A DNA stretch of 64,000 nucleotides from an uncultured Gammaproteobacteria bacterium (lineage in GTDB: Bacteria > Patescibacteriota > Microgenomatia > Levybacterales > UBA12049): positions 104,227-168,226 of the forward strand of contig CAZCCG010000002.1 in NCBI GenBank assembly GCA_964497535.1, read 5' to 3'. Under the pieces are notes generated by a model, which was not told the DNA's origin, did no database searches, and saw nothing but the letters and a program-made list of their open reading frames with translations. This document shows positions 20,777 to 28,476 of this stretch, piece after piece. The position numbers and the translations under genes were made by a program. Each line of letters starts with the position of its first letter. Within the stretch, counting starts at the first letter, position 1.

Positions 20777-21109
20777 TCAAGGAATTTTTGGATTTGAAAG
20801 TTCGAGACGTTGTCGTCTCTCGTAATCTCCAATTAACCTACTAATTGCATGCATCTCCTCCCGGATAGGCTGGAGTGAGCAATCGATTGTCTCCTGATCC
20901 AGGTTACACCTGGCCAGAATGGGCTGTATCTCTCTAACAGCTCCATCAAGCCGCATAAACTCTTGGTAGGCGAGATGGTAATCTTGACCAGACTGAAGCG
21001 ACTGCTCCTTTCTTGTCCGAGACAGCCAGACAATTACGACGACTACCCAGATAGCGCAGAGAACGATGACTACGACTAGCGGGTTGATGAGCCACTCCAA
21101 AGAATACAT
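20777..21109 (-). CDS. Small single-TM protein with helical C-terminus
   Basis: SD GGGGAGG; N-terminal hydrophobic helix followed by basic residues. Confidence 0.65.
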   Translation of the reverse strand: MYSLEWLINPLVVVIVLCAIWVVVVIVWLSRTRKEQSLQSGQDYHLAYQEFMRLDGAVREIQPILARCNLDQETIDCSLQPIREEMHAISRLIGDYERRQRLELSNPKIP

Positions 21110-21125
21110 GATCCCTCCCCTCTCT

Positions 21126-21395
21126 CTAGTCTTCGAGTTTTGTTGTAATCCTGTCGATGATACGATTTACGTAATCGTTCAACTTTTCCCGGTGATGATA
21201 TACCACAGGACCTACTACCACAAAGATCACACCTGTGACAATGGAAGCAAGAAGAAAATGGTTAGTGAAGACTATTGTCAGGAAATGGCCAGCTGCAGTC
21301 CCCAGTAAGACCCCAACCATCAGACATGCAATCCCACCAAAAAGCCCCACGTAGTAACTCTTGACACTGTTTGCGAAGCTGTGGAACTTTTTCAC
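21126..21395 (-). CDS. Small two-TM membrane protein
   Basis: GTG start after AAAGGGG; two hydrophobic helices; own promoter. Confidence 0.65.
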   Translation of the reverse strand: MKKFHSFANSVKSYYVGLFGGIACLMVGVLLGTAAGHFLTIVFTNHFLLASIVTGVIFVVVGPVVYHHREKLNDYVNRIIDRITTKLED

Positions 21396-21451
21396 CTCAG
21401 TCCCCTTTCAATGTACTCACCACACGGAAAACTCCGCGGGTATTGATTGAG

Positions 21452-21480
21452 AGTATACACTACTATGAGATAGAAATCAA
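21452..21480 (-). promoter_or_regulatory. Sigma-70 promoter TTGATT-17-TATACT
   Basis: Exact spacing, directly downstream of a terminator. Confidence 0.75.
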
Positions 21481-21492
21481 AGGTGTACAGAT

Positions 21493-21524
21493 AAAAAAAG
21501 CCTCCCCCGCGAAGCGGGAAAGGC
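21493..21524 (-). terminator. Intrinsic terminator
   Basis: GCCTTTCCCGC-TTC-GCGGGGGAGGC followed by T7. Confidence 0.85.
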
Positions 21525-21547
21525 CTGGGATGCGCCACACGGCGCGG

Positions 21548-21940
21548 TTAACAGACGAGAACTAAGAAAGCGTGATCCGCCTCCTCACGGCTGGGGAATG
21601 CCTCGATAAGGCGAGTTCCGAGAAACTCAAGATGGCTGAGTTTGCGGGGGTGACCGATTTCCTCGGCGAACATGGACAATCCCCACGACTTGATCGTTGG
21701 CTGGTAAATCGCTACAACCTCAGCAATTCCTTGCCCAGGGTCGCAGACAATCGCCCAGTGGAGCGGGGAATTTTTGATGTCCTCGACCAAGTCGAGGGCG
21801 GCCCCCCAATGACCTGTCTGAAAGACGAACTCCCGACTAGGATGGATTCCGTGCAGGATCTGGAAGAACTCTTCCGAGTAACCTACCAGGATATCCGGCT
21901 CACCGGTCTGCTTATCGGCATAAACCAGGTAAATCATCAC
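21548..21940 (-). CDS. Hypothetical protein (candidate toxin partner)
   Basis: GTGA overlap with the upstream gene, SD AGGAGG, followed by a terminator. Confidence 0.65.
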   Translation of the reverse strand: MMIYLVYADKQTGEPDILVGYSEEFFQILHGIHPSREFVFQTGHWGAALDLVEDIKNSPLHWAIVCDPGQGIAEVVAIYQPTIKSWGLSMFAEEIGHPRKLSHLEFLGTRLIEAFPSREEADHAFLVLVC

Positions 21941-22263
21941 GTCCTCCTGCTATGGTTTTGCTGAACATCGTGCTCAAGGACTCGCTGCAAGCATCTATTC
22001 CTGCAAGAATTGAAATCCTGCGCCAGGATAAATGTTGTCGGAGCCACCCCACAAAGCAAATCATGAGGGACAGTCATCCACCGGTTGAGACCCTCTATTG
22101 TGGGAAACTGACTCAATAGCCGGATCAAAAACCGGGACGATGCAGGATCCTGCATAAGTTGGCCTATCGCTTCATACACCAAATGTGAGACCTCGTGTCC
22201 TTCATCGAGGTATTCTTGACACCGGCGAGCTGTTTCATAATTGGTATGATCTGACGCAGACAT
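21937..22263 (-). CDS. Protein with Xre/MbcA/ParS-like (DUF2384) antitoxin C-terminal motif
   Basis: F......NRWMTVPHDLLCGVAP matches the W...P...L.G..P pattern; SD GGAAGGAG. Confidence 0.5.
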   Translation of the reverse strand: MSASDHTNYETARRCQEYLDEGHEVSHLVYEAIGQLMQDPASSRFLIRLLSQFPTIEGLNRWMTVPHDLLCGVAPTTFILAQDFNSCRNRCLQRVLEHDVQQNHSRRT

Positions 22264-22289
22264 TCCCAACTCCTTCCATCTCTGGTCGA

Positions 22290-22502
22290 TTATTTCAGTA
22301 CGTCAAAGATGACTATCACAATCATCACTACACACGCAAAAACTAACCCTCCAAATACTGAAATCAAGAACCTCTCCATAGTCTCTCCCTGGGGAGAAGA
22401 ATACGCATAACCAGTCTTGAGCATTGGCATCTTTGGGATAAGCAACCACAGAAATGCTGACCCAAACAACAATGCCACAAGAGATACAGCTACAGATGCC
22501 AT
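22290..22502 (-). CDS. Small two-TM membrane protein
   Basis: SD GGGAGGGG; two hydrophobic segments. Confidence 0.55.
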   Translation of the reverse strand: MASVAVSLVALLFGSAFLWLLIPKMPMLKTGYAYSSPQGETMERFLISVFGGLVFACVVMIVIVIFDVLK

Positions 22503-22652
22503 TTCCCCTCCCTGGAGTGTTGGTTCGCTTGAACGTATTCCAAGCGAGTACCCTTCTATCTACCAAAATAAACAGAATGTCACCCGCTTGGCAAAATCAA
22601 GGTGCAATTTACTCATTTCATGACCAGAAACTGGTGAAAAATGATTGAAGAG

Positions 22653-22681
22653 ATTATAACAAAGGAAGAATACAGAGTCAA
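22653..22681 (-). promoter_or_regulatory. Sigma-70 promoter TTGACT-17-TATAAT with a ~145-nt structured leader
   Basis: Exact spacing; same TATAATCTC as the promoters at 20176 and 20697. Confidence 0.8.
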
Positions 22682-22696
22682 ACTATAGGATTATGA

Positions 22697-22725
22697 TGGG
22701 CGGTCGAGTCTGACTCGACCGCCCA
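22697..22725. terminator. Perfect 14-bp inverted repeat after the fabG-like gene (terminator or stabilising hairpin)
   Basis: TGGGCGGTCGAGTC-T-GACTCGACCGCCCA; core CGAGTC.GACTCG is shared with the hairpin at 20741; no clear U-tract. Confidence 0.6.
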
Positions 22726-22746
22726 GTAGACTTGCATGTTGGGAAA

Positions 22747-23520
22747 CTATGCCATGACCATGCCGCCATCGACGTGAAGTACCTGTCCAGTAATATATGC
22801 CGCTGCGGGATCAAGGAGCAAGAATGCTACGACTCCAGCTACCTCAACCGAAGTACCAGGACGCCCGATAGGAATCATCGCAAGGATTTGATCTTTCATG
22901 CTCTCAGATACGTTGTCCCACATGGGACTTGGGATGTATCCGGGAGCGACAGCGTTGACTGTAATCCCTCGTTTGGCGTTCTCCAGAGCCGCAGACTTGG
23001 TTAGTCCGATCAAACCAGCTTTGGCTGCTGCATAGTTGGCTTGGCCGGCATTCCCGATCACGCCAACCACCGAGGTGACATTGACGATCCGTCCAAACCT
23101 ACGATGTGCCATCCTTCTGTATTCCCTATTTCCCAAGACCTCCCGGGTACAGAGGAATGCCCCTCGAAGATTGGTAGCCAGCACCGAATCCCAATCAGCC
23201 GGGGGCAGGAATGGGATAAGGTTATCGCGATTGATACCGGCGTTGTTTACCAGGAAATCAATGCGGCCAAACCGATTATATGTCCTGGCAACAAGCCGAA
23301 CCACTTCCGATTCTTTGGCAACATCAGCCTGAAGCGCAATGGTCTCACTACCAGAGAGACGGATTGACCGAGCAACCTTCAACGCCTGGGAACGATCCCG
23401 ATGATAGTGGACTACAACTGAAACTCCTTCTCGTCCCAGTGCCTCTGCAATTGCAGCACCAATCTCTCCGGAAGCTCCGGTAACCAGAGCCACTTTGCCA
23501 ATTCCCCTCTGATCTGCCAT
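22747..23520 (-). CDS. fabG: 3-oxoacyl-ACP reductase-like SDR
   Basis: VALVTGASGEIG, NNAGI.RD, GNAGQANYAAAKAG, ITVNAVAPG, YITGQVLHVDGG. Confidence 0.85.
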   Translation of the reverse strand: MADQRGIGKVALVTGASGEIGAAIAEALGREGVSVVVHYHRDRSQALKVARSIRLSGSETIALQADVAKESEVVRLVARTYNRFGRIDFLVNNAGINRDNLIPFLPPADWDSVLATNLRGAFLCTREVLGNREYRRMAHRRFGRIVNVTSVVGVIGNAGQANYAAAKAGLIGLTKSAALENAKRGITVNAVAPGYIPSPMWDNVSESMKDQILAMIPIGRPGTSVEVAGVVAFLLLDPAAAYITGQVLHVDGGMVMA

Positions 23521-23624
23521 GAAAAAACTCCTTGGATCTGGCCAATTGGCTTGACCTGTGCCCCTTTTTCATCAATAGAAATATACTGATGAGCAAAGTC
23601 AGAAGATTATATCACTCTTTTCAT

Positions 23625-24656
23625 CTAAATCTTTATTTTTATGAAAACGATTGTGGGAGTTTGGCCCAGTAGTCCAATTTTGTAACTACTGATCTGATGA
23701 TTGGGAAACACGTGCTTTGCATGTTTGATTAGTAAGTCAGGTTTGGATACTAATAAACATAACGCTGCCTCTGGTTGAAGGATTCTTTTGTACTCCTCAA
23801 GTGTCTTTCTATACAAATCTGTAATACTTCCTATCGCAATCTGCTTATCCCAGGGGAGATTGGAAATAGCAGCATTAAAGAAATCACTATTCCATGTAAT
23901 TTTGGTAGCATCCAAGTTTTTTATGTGATCTAATTGATCAAAACCTAACCTGCTTAAGTTGTTTTGGCTAATCGTTACACTTTCCGGGTCACTATCTCCT
24001 CCATACACACTGTTACCCATAAAGAATGCTTCACAAAGGACTGTCCCGCTGCCACAAAAATTATCGACAACCTTTAGGTTTTGCTTTCCTTCTGTAACCA
24101 TCACTACCATTGCTGCCGCTACTGTTGCTTTCAAAGAACCTGGCTTGGATACTGTTTTGTAGCTGCGATGATGTAAGCTTTCCGGGGTCAACCGCACAGA
24201 AATAAAAAGCTTTGATCCATCGATAAAGATACGGATGTCAAAATTGCTGTGGTCAAACGCACGATATTCCCATTGGTATTTTTGAGAAATTTCCTGTGCT
24301 GCGGTTCTGGTTATTTCTTTTGAATCCAACTTATTTTTGGCGCTACTGATTGTCAGGGAAAACGTCTGAGGATCCAGTGTTCGTACCTGTTGCAGCATAC
24401 TTCTGGTTTTGCGTAAGTCCAAGCCATTTATTATTTCCAAAAGTTGCGGCAACGCAGTTACCTCTTCATCAGATGCGAGAAGTATTCCAATATCATCAAC
24501 CGTTCTTAACCGAACCAGAGTTTCAAAAGAAGCATGTGTTTTAAATACAATCCGTTTGTCCAAAACCTCAAGGATATGTGCATCTTTTATATACGATACA
24601 ATTTCCTGTTCAACAATTTGTTCCAGGCCTTTGGTGCAATACGCAATGTAGTTCAT
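23625..24656 (-). CDS. THUMP-domain RNA methyltransferase (Trm14/RlmL-like)
   Basis: CTKGLE, LHHRSY, SLK..AAAM, DNFCGSGT, SNLPW. Confidence 0.8.
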   Translation of the reverse strand: MNYIAYCTKGLEQIVEQEIVSYIKDAHILEVLDKRIVFKTHASFETLVRLRTVDDIGILLASDEEVTALPQLLEIINGLDLRKTRSMLQQVRTLDPQTFSLTISSAKNKLDSKEITRTAAQEISQKYQWEYRAFDHSNFDIRIFIDGSKLFISVRLTPESLHHRSYKTVSKPGSLKATVAAAMVVMVTEGKQNLKVVDNFCGSGTVLCEAFFMGNSVYGGDSDPESVTISQNNLSRLGFDQLDHIKNLDATKITWNSDFFNAAISNLPWDKQIAIGSITDLYRKTLEEYKRILQPEAALCLLVSKPDLLIKHAKHVFPNHQISSYKIGLLGQTPTIVFIKIKI

Positions 24657-25423
24657 GAAGAGAGAATAAATTTGTTAACCACATCAACTACTCCGTCTTC
24701 TGTTACAGAAGGTGCGATATAATCTGCAATTGCTTTAAGATCCGGTACCGCATTACCCATAGCAACTTTGAGTCCACATGCCATCAGAAGCGGAAAATCA
24801 TTATAACTGTCTCCTACTCCGATGACCTCTTCTTTTTTCAGGTTCAACTGTTTTAAAACCGCCGCAATACCTTGCAGTTTTGTAGCTTTTACATGAGTAA
24901 TATTTATTCCATATTTGTGAGGATTTTTATGATGTATTTTTTGTACAGAAATATTGTGAAGATGAGAAAGTTTTTTGGCAAGATCATCTATTTTTTTTGA
25001 AGAATAATGTTCATAGGTAAAAATCATATAGGCTTTTTGGAAAGGATCTCCCTTTTTGAAGTAATTATTTATAAATGACCTGTCAAAGGTTTTTTGTTTG
25101 AGATAGAACGGTATTTTTTCCTGATCTAAGAGGTTAATAATGATTTCCGCATCCCGTAAGTCTAACGGTTGCTCATACATAACTTCTTTACTGGAAAGTT
25201 CTATGACTTGTGCGCCATTATTTACGATAACAAATCCTTTTTTTAATTGTAACTTTTCCAGAATATTGAGAATAAACGGATAAGAACGCCCTGTTACCAA
25301 ACAGATTTCTAACTTTTGCTGTGCTTTGCCAATAGCTATTGCTACGGCATCTGAAGGAAGAGCATTATAGTCATAGGGAATCAATGTCCCATCGACATCA
25401 AGCATGATTGCCTTGTATTTCAT
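24653..25423 (-). CDS. Cof-type HAD-IIB hydrolase
   Basis: DVDGTL, VTGR, NGA, GDSYND, AMGNA. Confidence 0.9.
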   Translation of the reverse strand: MKYKAIMLDVDGTLIPYDYNALPSDAVAIAIGKAQQKLEICLVTGRSYPFILNILEKLQLKKGFVIVNNGAQVIELSSKEVMYEQPLDLRDAEIIINLLDQEKIPFYLKQKTFDRSFINNYFKKGDPFQKAYMIFTYEHYSSKKIDDLAKKLSHLHNISVQKIHHKNPHKYGINITHVKATKLQGIAAVLKQLNLKKEEVIGVGDSYNDFPLLMACGLKVAMGNAVPDLKAIADYIAPSVTEDGVVDVVNKFILSS

Positions 25424-25468
25424 AGGGGAATTGTATCACAGGAATTTGAAGCCAAAGGGGTATGGATT

Positions 25469-25500
25469 AAAAAAGTGCCGGGAAGATTGCTCTTCCCGGC
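25469..25500 (-). terminator. Intrinsic terminator
   Basis: GCCGGGAAGA-GCAA-TCTTCCCGGC followed by a T-tract. Confidence 0.8.
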
Positions 25501-25526
25501 TTTATAGAATCGGACGTTGTGGACGA

Positions 25527-25793
25527 CTAGCCGTACATGAACTTCATCACCAATAGCGCAAGTGATTGAAACGCAATAAAGATGTTTGTTATCACAATTG
25601 GTGGACTCTTGACAGCCTTTGTACCGTAGATCATCCAGCAACAACTCTGAGTGAAGAATAGAAGCAAAGTCCAAGGAGACAAATCTTTTGTCTCGCTGGT
25701 CTGCAAAACCTGGATAAGCTGAGGTGTAAGCATAAAGATGGCCAATATAGACCCTATATAGCCAAACGTATGCCACGAGATCAGCCGCTTCAT
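25527..25793 (-). CDS. SemiSWEET / PQ-loop transporter
   Basis: Three TMs, LTPQL..V..T..TKDLS, W.IYG, P....N; own TTGTTT-17-TATAAT promoter (25825-25853) and SD. Confidence 0.85.
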   Translation of the reverse strand: MKRLISWHTFGYIGSILAIFMLTPQLIQVLQTSETKDLSPWTLLLFFTQSCCWMIYGTKAVKSPPIVITNIFIAFQSLALLVMKFMYG

Positions 25794-25890
25794 CTTTCCC
25801 TCCACTTAACGTGCGATGGGGGGAATTATAACAAAAAACATGAGATAAAACAAACTATGGGGTTCTTTAAGGGTTGGGGTTTCAAAAAAT

Positions 25891-25923
25891 AAAAAACCCC
25901 CGGTACCCAAAAGGTACCGAGGG
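25891..25923 (-). terminator. Intrinsic terminator
   Basis: CCCTCGGTACC-TTTTG-GGTACCGGGGG followed by T6. Confidence 0.85.
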
Positions 25924-25939
25924 CGTCGTCTTGCAGAGA

Positions 25940-26611
25940 TTACTGTCCCTGCCCGCACTGGCGGAAATAGTTGTTGCGGAGCTGCCGCAACCTTGGAAAT
26001 ACAACCATTTTCCACCATGGCGCTGCCGCTGCATCGAGCTGTACGGTGTCCTGAACCCAGGTGAGAAACTCTTCCTCTGATGCGTTCACAGAGAGCTTTC
26101 TTCCCGGTGAAACGAGCGTCGAATCCTCTGCGCCTATGATGCGCAGATTCCATGCTCTCTTCTGCGGATCCTCCTCCATTGTGAAATATATCTGCAGGTA
26201 CTTGGTAGAGGAAAGGGGTTGAATCAGAGTCGTGGTAGCCTCGCCGTAATTTCCCCCGGGGATTGGCATGGGCCACACTCCGGATATAGTTCCCGGCGGC
26301 ATATACGGTGCTACTTCCAGTCCCGCCAACAACGCGGCCTTGAGTTGCCGTTGTGCAGCAGAGGTGGCTGTGGGGATACCATTTTCCCCAACGGAGAAGT
26401 AGATGTCCAGACAAATGTCGCGGGAGTTATCCCACAACTCAATGAGCTGGAAGTGTACCTCCACTTCTTCCACAGACACCTGGATCCGCTCGTCTGAAAA
26501 AGCTATCGAGACTGCGGTCCTCCACTCCCGACACGCTTGCTCCCTAATGTCATGATGGGCCATGAAGTACCGGTACAAGTCGGGCAAACACTTCGCGATG
26601 ATACGCGGCAT
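25940..26611 (-). CDS. Hypothetical protein, possible tautomerase/MIF-fold N-terminal domain
   Basis: Starts MP(RII); alternating beta-alpha-beta pattern repeated twice; SD AAAGGAG; followed by a terminator. Confidence 0.6.
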   Translation of the reverse strand: MPRIIAKCLPDLYRYFMAHHDIREQACREWRTAVSIAFSDERIQVSVEEVEVHFQLIELWDNSRDICLDIYFSVGENGIPTATSAAQRQLKAALLAGLEVAPYMPPGTISGVWPMPIPGGNYGEATTTLIQPLSSTKYLQIYFTMEEDPQKRAWNLRIIGAEDSTLVSPGRKLSVNASEEEFLTWVQDTVQLDAAAAPWWKMVVFPRLRQLRNNYFRQCGQGQ

Positions 26612-26796
26612 GATCTGCTCCTTTTCTGGGCTTCACCTTTGTCTACTCCGAATCGTCGGAGTGAAGTGAAACTGCCCCATCAAATAAGAATGTGTTCTTA
26701 TCTCATAGGGTAGTATCACTTAACAAAAGGAAACAATTGCAGTAATCTTAATGTGCAAGAATTTGAAATGCTACAAAATCGTTTTTGAGCCTGCAG

Positions 26797-26825
26797 AGTA
26801 TAGCAAAAAAGAATATGAAAGTAAA
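26797..26825 (-). promoter_or_regulatory. Sigma-70 promoter TTTACT-17-TATACT (TG-extended) with a ~180-nt structured leader
   Basis: Exact spacing; back-to-back with a + strand promoter. Confidence 0.7.
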
Positions 26826-26845
26826 CTATAGGGCAAAATATTTTC

Positions 26846-26875
26846 TTGACAAAGGCTATGGGCTCATGATATAGT
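26846..26875 (+). promoter_or_regulatory. Sigma-70 promoter TTGACA-18-TATAGT (TG-extended)
   Basis: Predicted start site coincides with ATG 26882. Confidence 0.7.
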
Positions 26876-26881
26876 AATCTC

Positions 26882-26926
26882 ATGAACAAAGCACAGCAAT
26901 TAAATAGAAGACCAATAACTTCCTAA
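26882..26926 (+). CDS. Putative leaderless leader peptide MNKAQQLNRRPITS
   Basis: ATG 6 nt after the -10; stop immediately followed by an antiterminator arm. Confidence 0.55.
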   Translation: MNKAQQLNRRPITS

Positions 26927-26927
26927 C

Positions 26928-26974
26928 GGGGAGGTATTTGTCGTGTGTACAAAACTCCCCCTGGGAGTTTTTTT
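26928..26974 (+). promoter_or_regulatory. Attenuator: antiterminator GGGGAG/CTCCCC overlapping terminator AAAACTCCC-CCT-GGGAGTTTTTTT
   Basis: Mutually exclusive pairings that share 26954-26960. Confidence 0.65.
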
Positions 26975-27082
26975 GTTGTGGAAAAGCACCTTAAAACTTA
27001 TAGGAGGCAGTGACCTCAGGAAGATTATAAGTCTTTCTGCGGGTGCTGCTTACCTATACTATAGCAGCGCCGGGAGAGGTAG

Positions 27083-27736
27083 ATGGACGACCGTTCCTAT
27101 GCGAGAGTACATGTTCATGGAGACAAATCTATGGAAGGAGACAAAGTATCACTGGTGAGTACCTCACCCCTTGGGCCCCGCCTCGAAACCAACATCGGGT
27201 ACTGTCCCTTTGTACGCGAGGTTGAATACTGCGCCTTCTTTGGACAAGTACCGTTGGGTGAATACTATTTGGTATATACCACACAAACCGGTATCCACCA
27301 GATCGATACGGCTTTGGAAGCTTTTATCGATCTGCCGAAGTTCCGGCTGGATACCGCTCGTGTGGTACCGGTAGTACCTTTCTCCGCCGAAAAAGACCTC
27401 GTAAAGGCAATGCGTGAAGCACAACAAGACCTCATGCATTGTCTTGTGTTGTCTCCGAGCATCAAGTATGGAGTACTTTGGTACGCTCGCAGTGTACTTA
27501 CGTCTCGATTGGCTCAAGCTGAAAAAGAGTTGGAGCGTCGGGGAAAGCAACAACTGGGAGGTTTGACAACCGAGCAACAGAGAGGCCTGCAGGAACTCTC
27601 CGAATGTGTTCTGCGGAGTATGAAAACCTTGGAGCTCCATAGCGCACTTGACTTCTACCGATTGCTTTCGATCCTCTGTAACGAAAGTACTACGGTAGCC
27701 AAAGTTATGCGGATAATCTATCCTGCACTCCGCTGA
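27083..27736 (+). CDS. Hypothetical protein, paralog of 27784-28467 (prealbumin/carboxypeptidase-regulatory-like beta domain + helical domain)
   Basis: Shared SLVST.PLGP.L, A.F..VP.GEY, KY..L.Y.R, LERRGK..L.GLTTEQ, A.DFYRLLS.L. Confidence 0.8.
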   Translation: MDDRSYARVHVHGDKSMEGDKVSLVSTSPLGPRLETNIGYCPFVREVEYCAFFGQVPLGEYYLVYTTQTGIHQIDTALEAFIDLPKFRLDTARVVPVVPFSAEKDLVKAMREAQQDLMHCLVLSPSIKYGVLWYARSVLTSRLAQAEKELERRGKQQLGGLTTEQQRGLQELSECVLRSMKTLELHSALDFYRLLSILCNESTTVAKVMRIIYPALR

Positions 27737-27783
27737 GAAGTACACACCGAGTGTATGCAAACACTAGAAGCACTGGAGGAGAA

Positions 27784-28467
27784 ATGGACGAACATTGGGC
27801 AAGTGTGTGGGGCAAAACCTACAAAGATGAGGTAGTTGTACACGTTGGAAGAGGAATGAAAGGAGCCCGTATTTCGCTCGTCAGCACTAATCCGCTTGGG
27901 CCGCATCTCCACGCATACGTTGAGCAATTCGGTTCTCTGAGAGGAGAAGGAGGAGGGTTTGGCGCCGTCTTTGAGAACGTACCCGCCGGCGAGTACTGGG
28001 TTGTTGGGATGCACTTGGGACACTGCATCATTGAGGCAGGAGTAGATGCCAAACTTCTACCTGGGGATATCCCGGATAACATCGTACTGCTAGATCCCGG
28101 ATACCAGGATTCTCATCTGCGTAAGGCCATCTCCGCTGCATGTAACAACCTCAAGAAACTTACCGGCGTCTCCTGGGGTATGAAATATGCAGCACTGTTG
28201 TATACTCGCAGGCAGTTTGCACCCGAGATGAGTGCAGCTGAAAAGATCCTCGAACGGCGGGGCAAGAACCATCTTGCCGGTCTCACAACAGAGCAAGAGA
28301 AGATACTCGGTATTATTTCCCAAACTGTTGTGGAGAATATGACAGAGCTTGGGCTGTGTCGGGCAATCGATTTCTATCGGTTGCTCTCGCTTCTTTACAA
28401 AGGAAGGAAAGACAGCGCCAAAATCCTGGAGATGCTTCATCCGAATCAAGGTAATTCGGTGGAGTAA
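27784..28467 (+). CDS. Hypothetical protein, paralog of 27083-27736
   Basis: SD GGAGGAG before ATG 27784; motifs as in the paralog. Confidence 0.8.
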   Translation: MDEHWASVWGKTYKDEVVVHVGRGMKGARISLVSTNPLGPHLHAYVEQFGSLRGEGGGFGAVFENVPAGEYWVVGMHLGHCIIEAGVDAKLLPGDIPDNIVLLDPGYQDSHLRKAISAACNNLKKLTGVSWGMKYAALLYTRRQFAPEMSAAEKILERRGKNHLAGLTTEQEKILGIISQTVVENMTELGLCRAIDFYRLLSLLYKGRKDSAKILEMLHPNQGNSVE

Positions 28468-28476
28468 AACCATCAT

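Noticed and set aside
19643-22725. Integron attC cassette array
   Set aside because: The hairpins lack RYYYAAC/GTTRRRY ends, carry U-tracts like terminators, each unit has its own promoter, and there is no intI
25806-27760. Long alternative ORFs 25806-26414 and 27164-27760
   Set aside because: They overlap better-supported genes that have an SD, terminator or paralog; long shadow frames are expected in GC-richer DNA
19697-28467. Diversity-generating retroelement behind the paralog pairs
   Set aside because: No reverse transcriptase and no near-identical template/variable repeat pair differing at adenines
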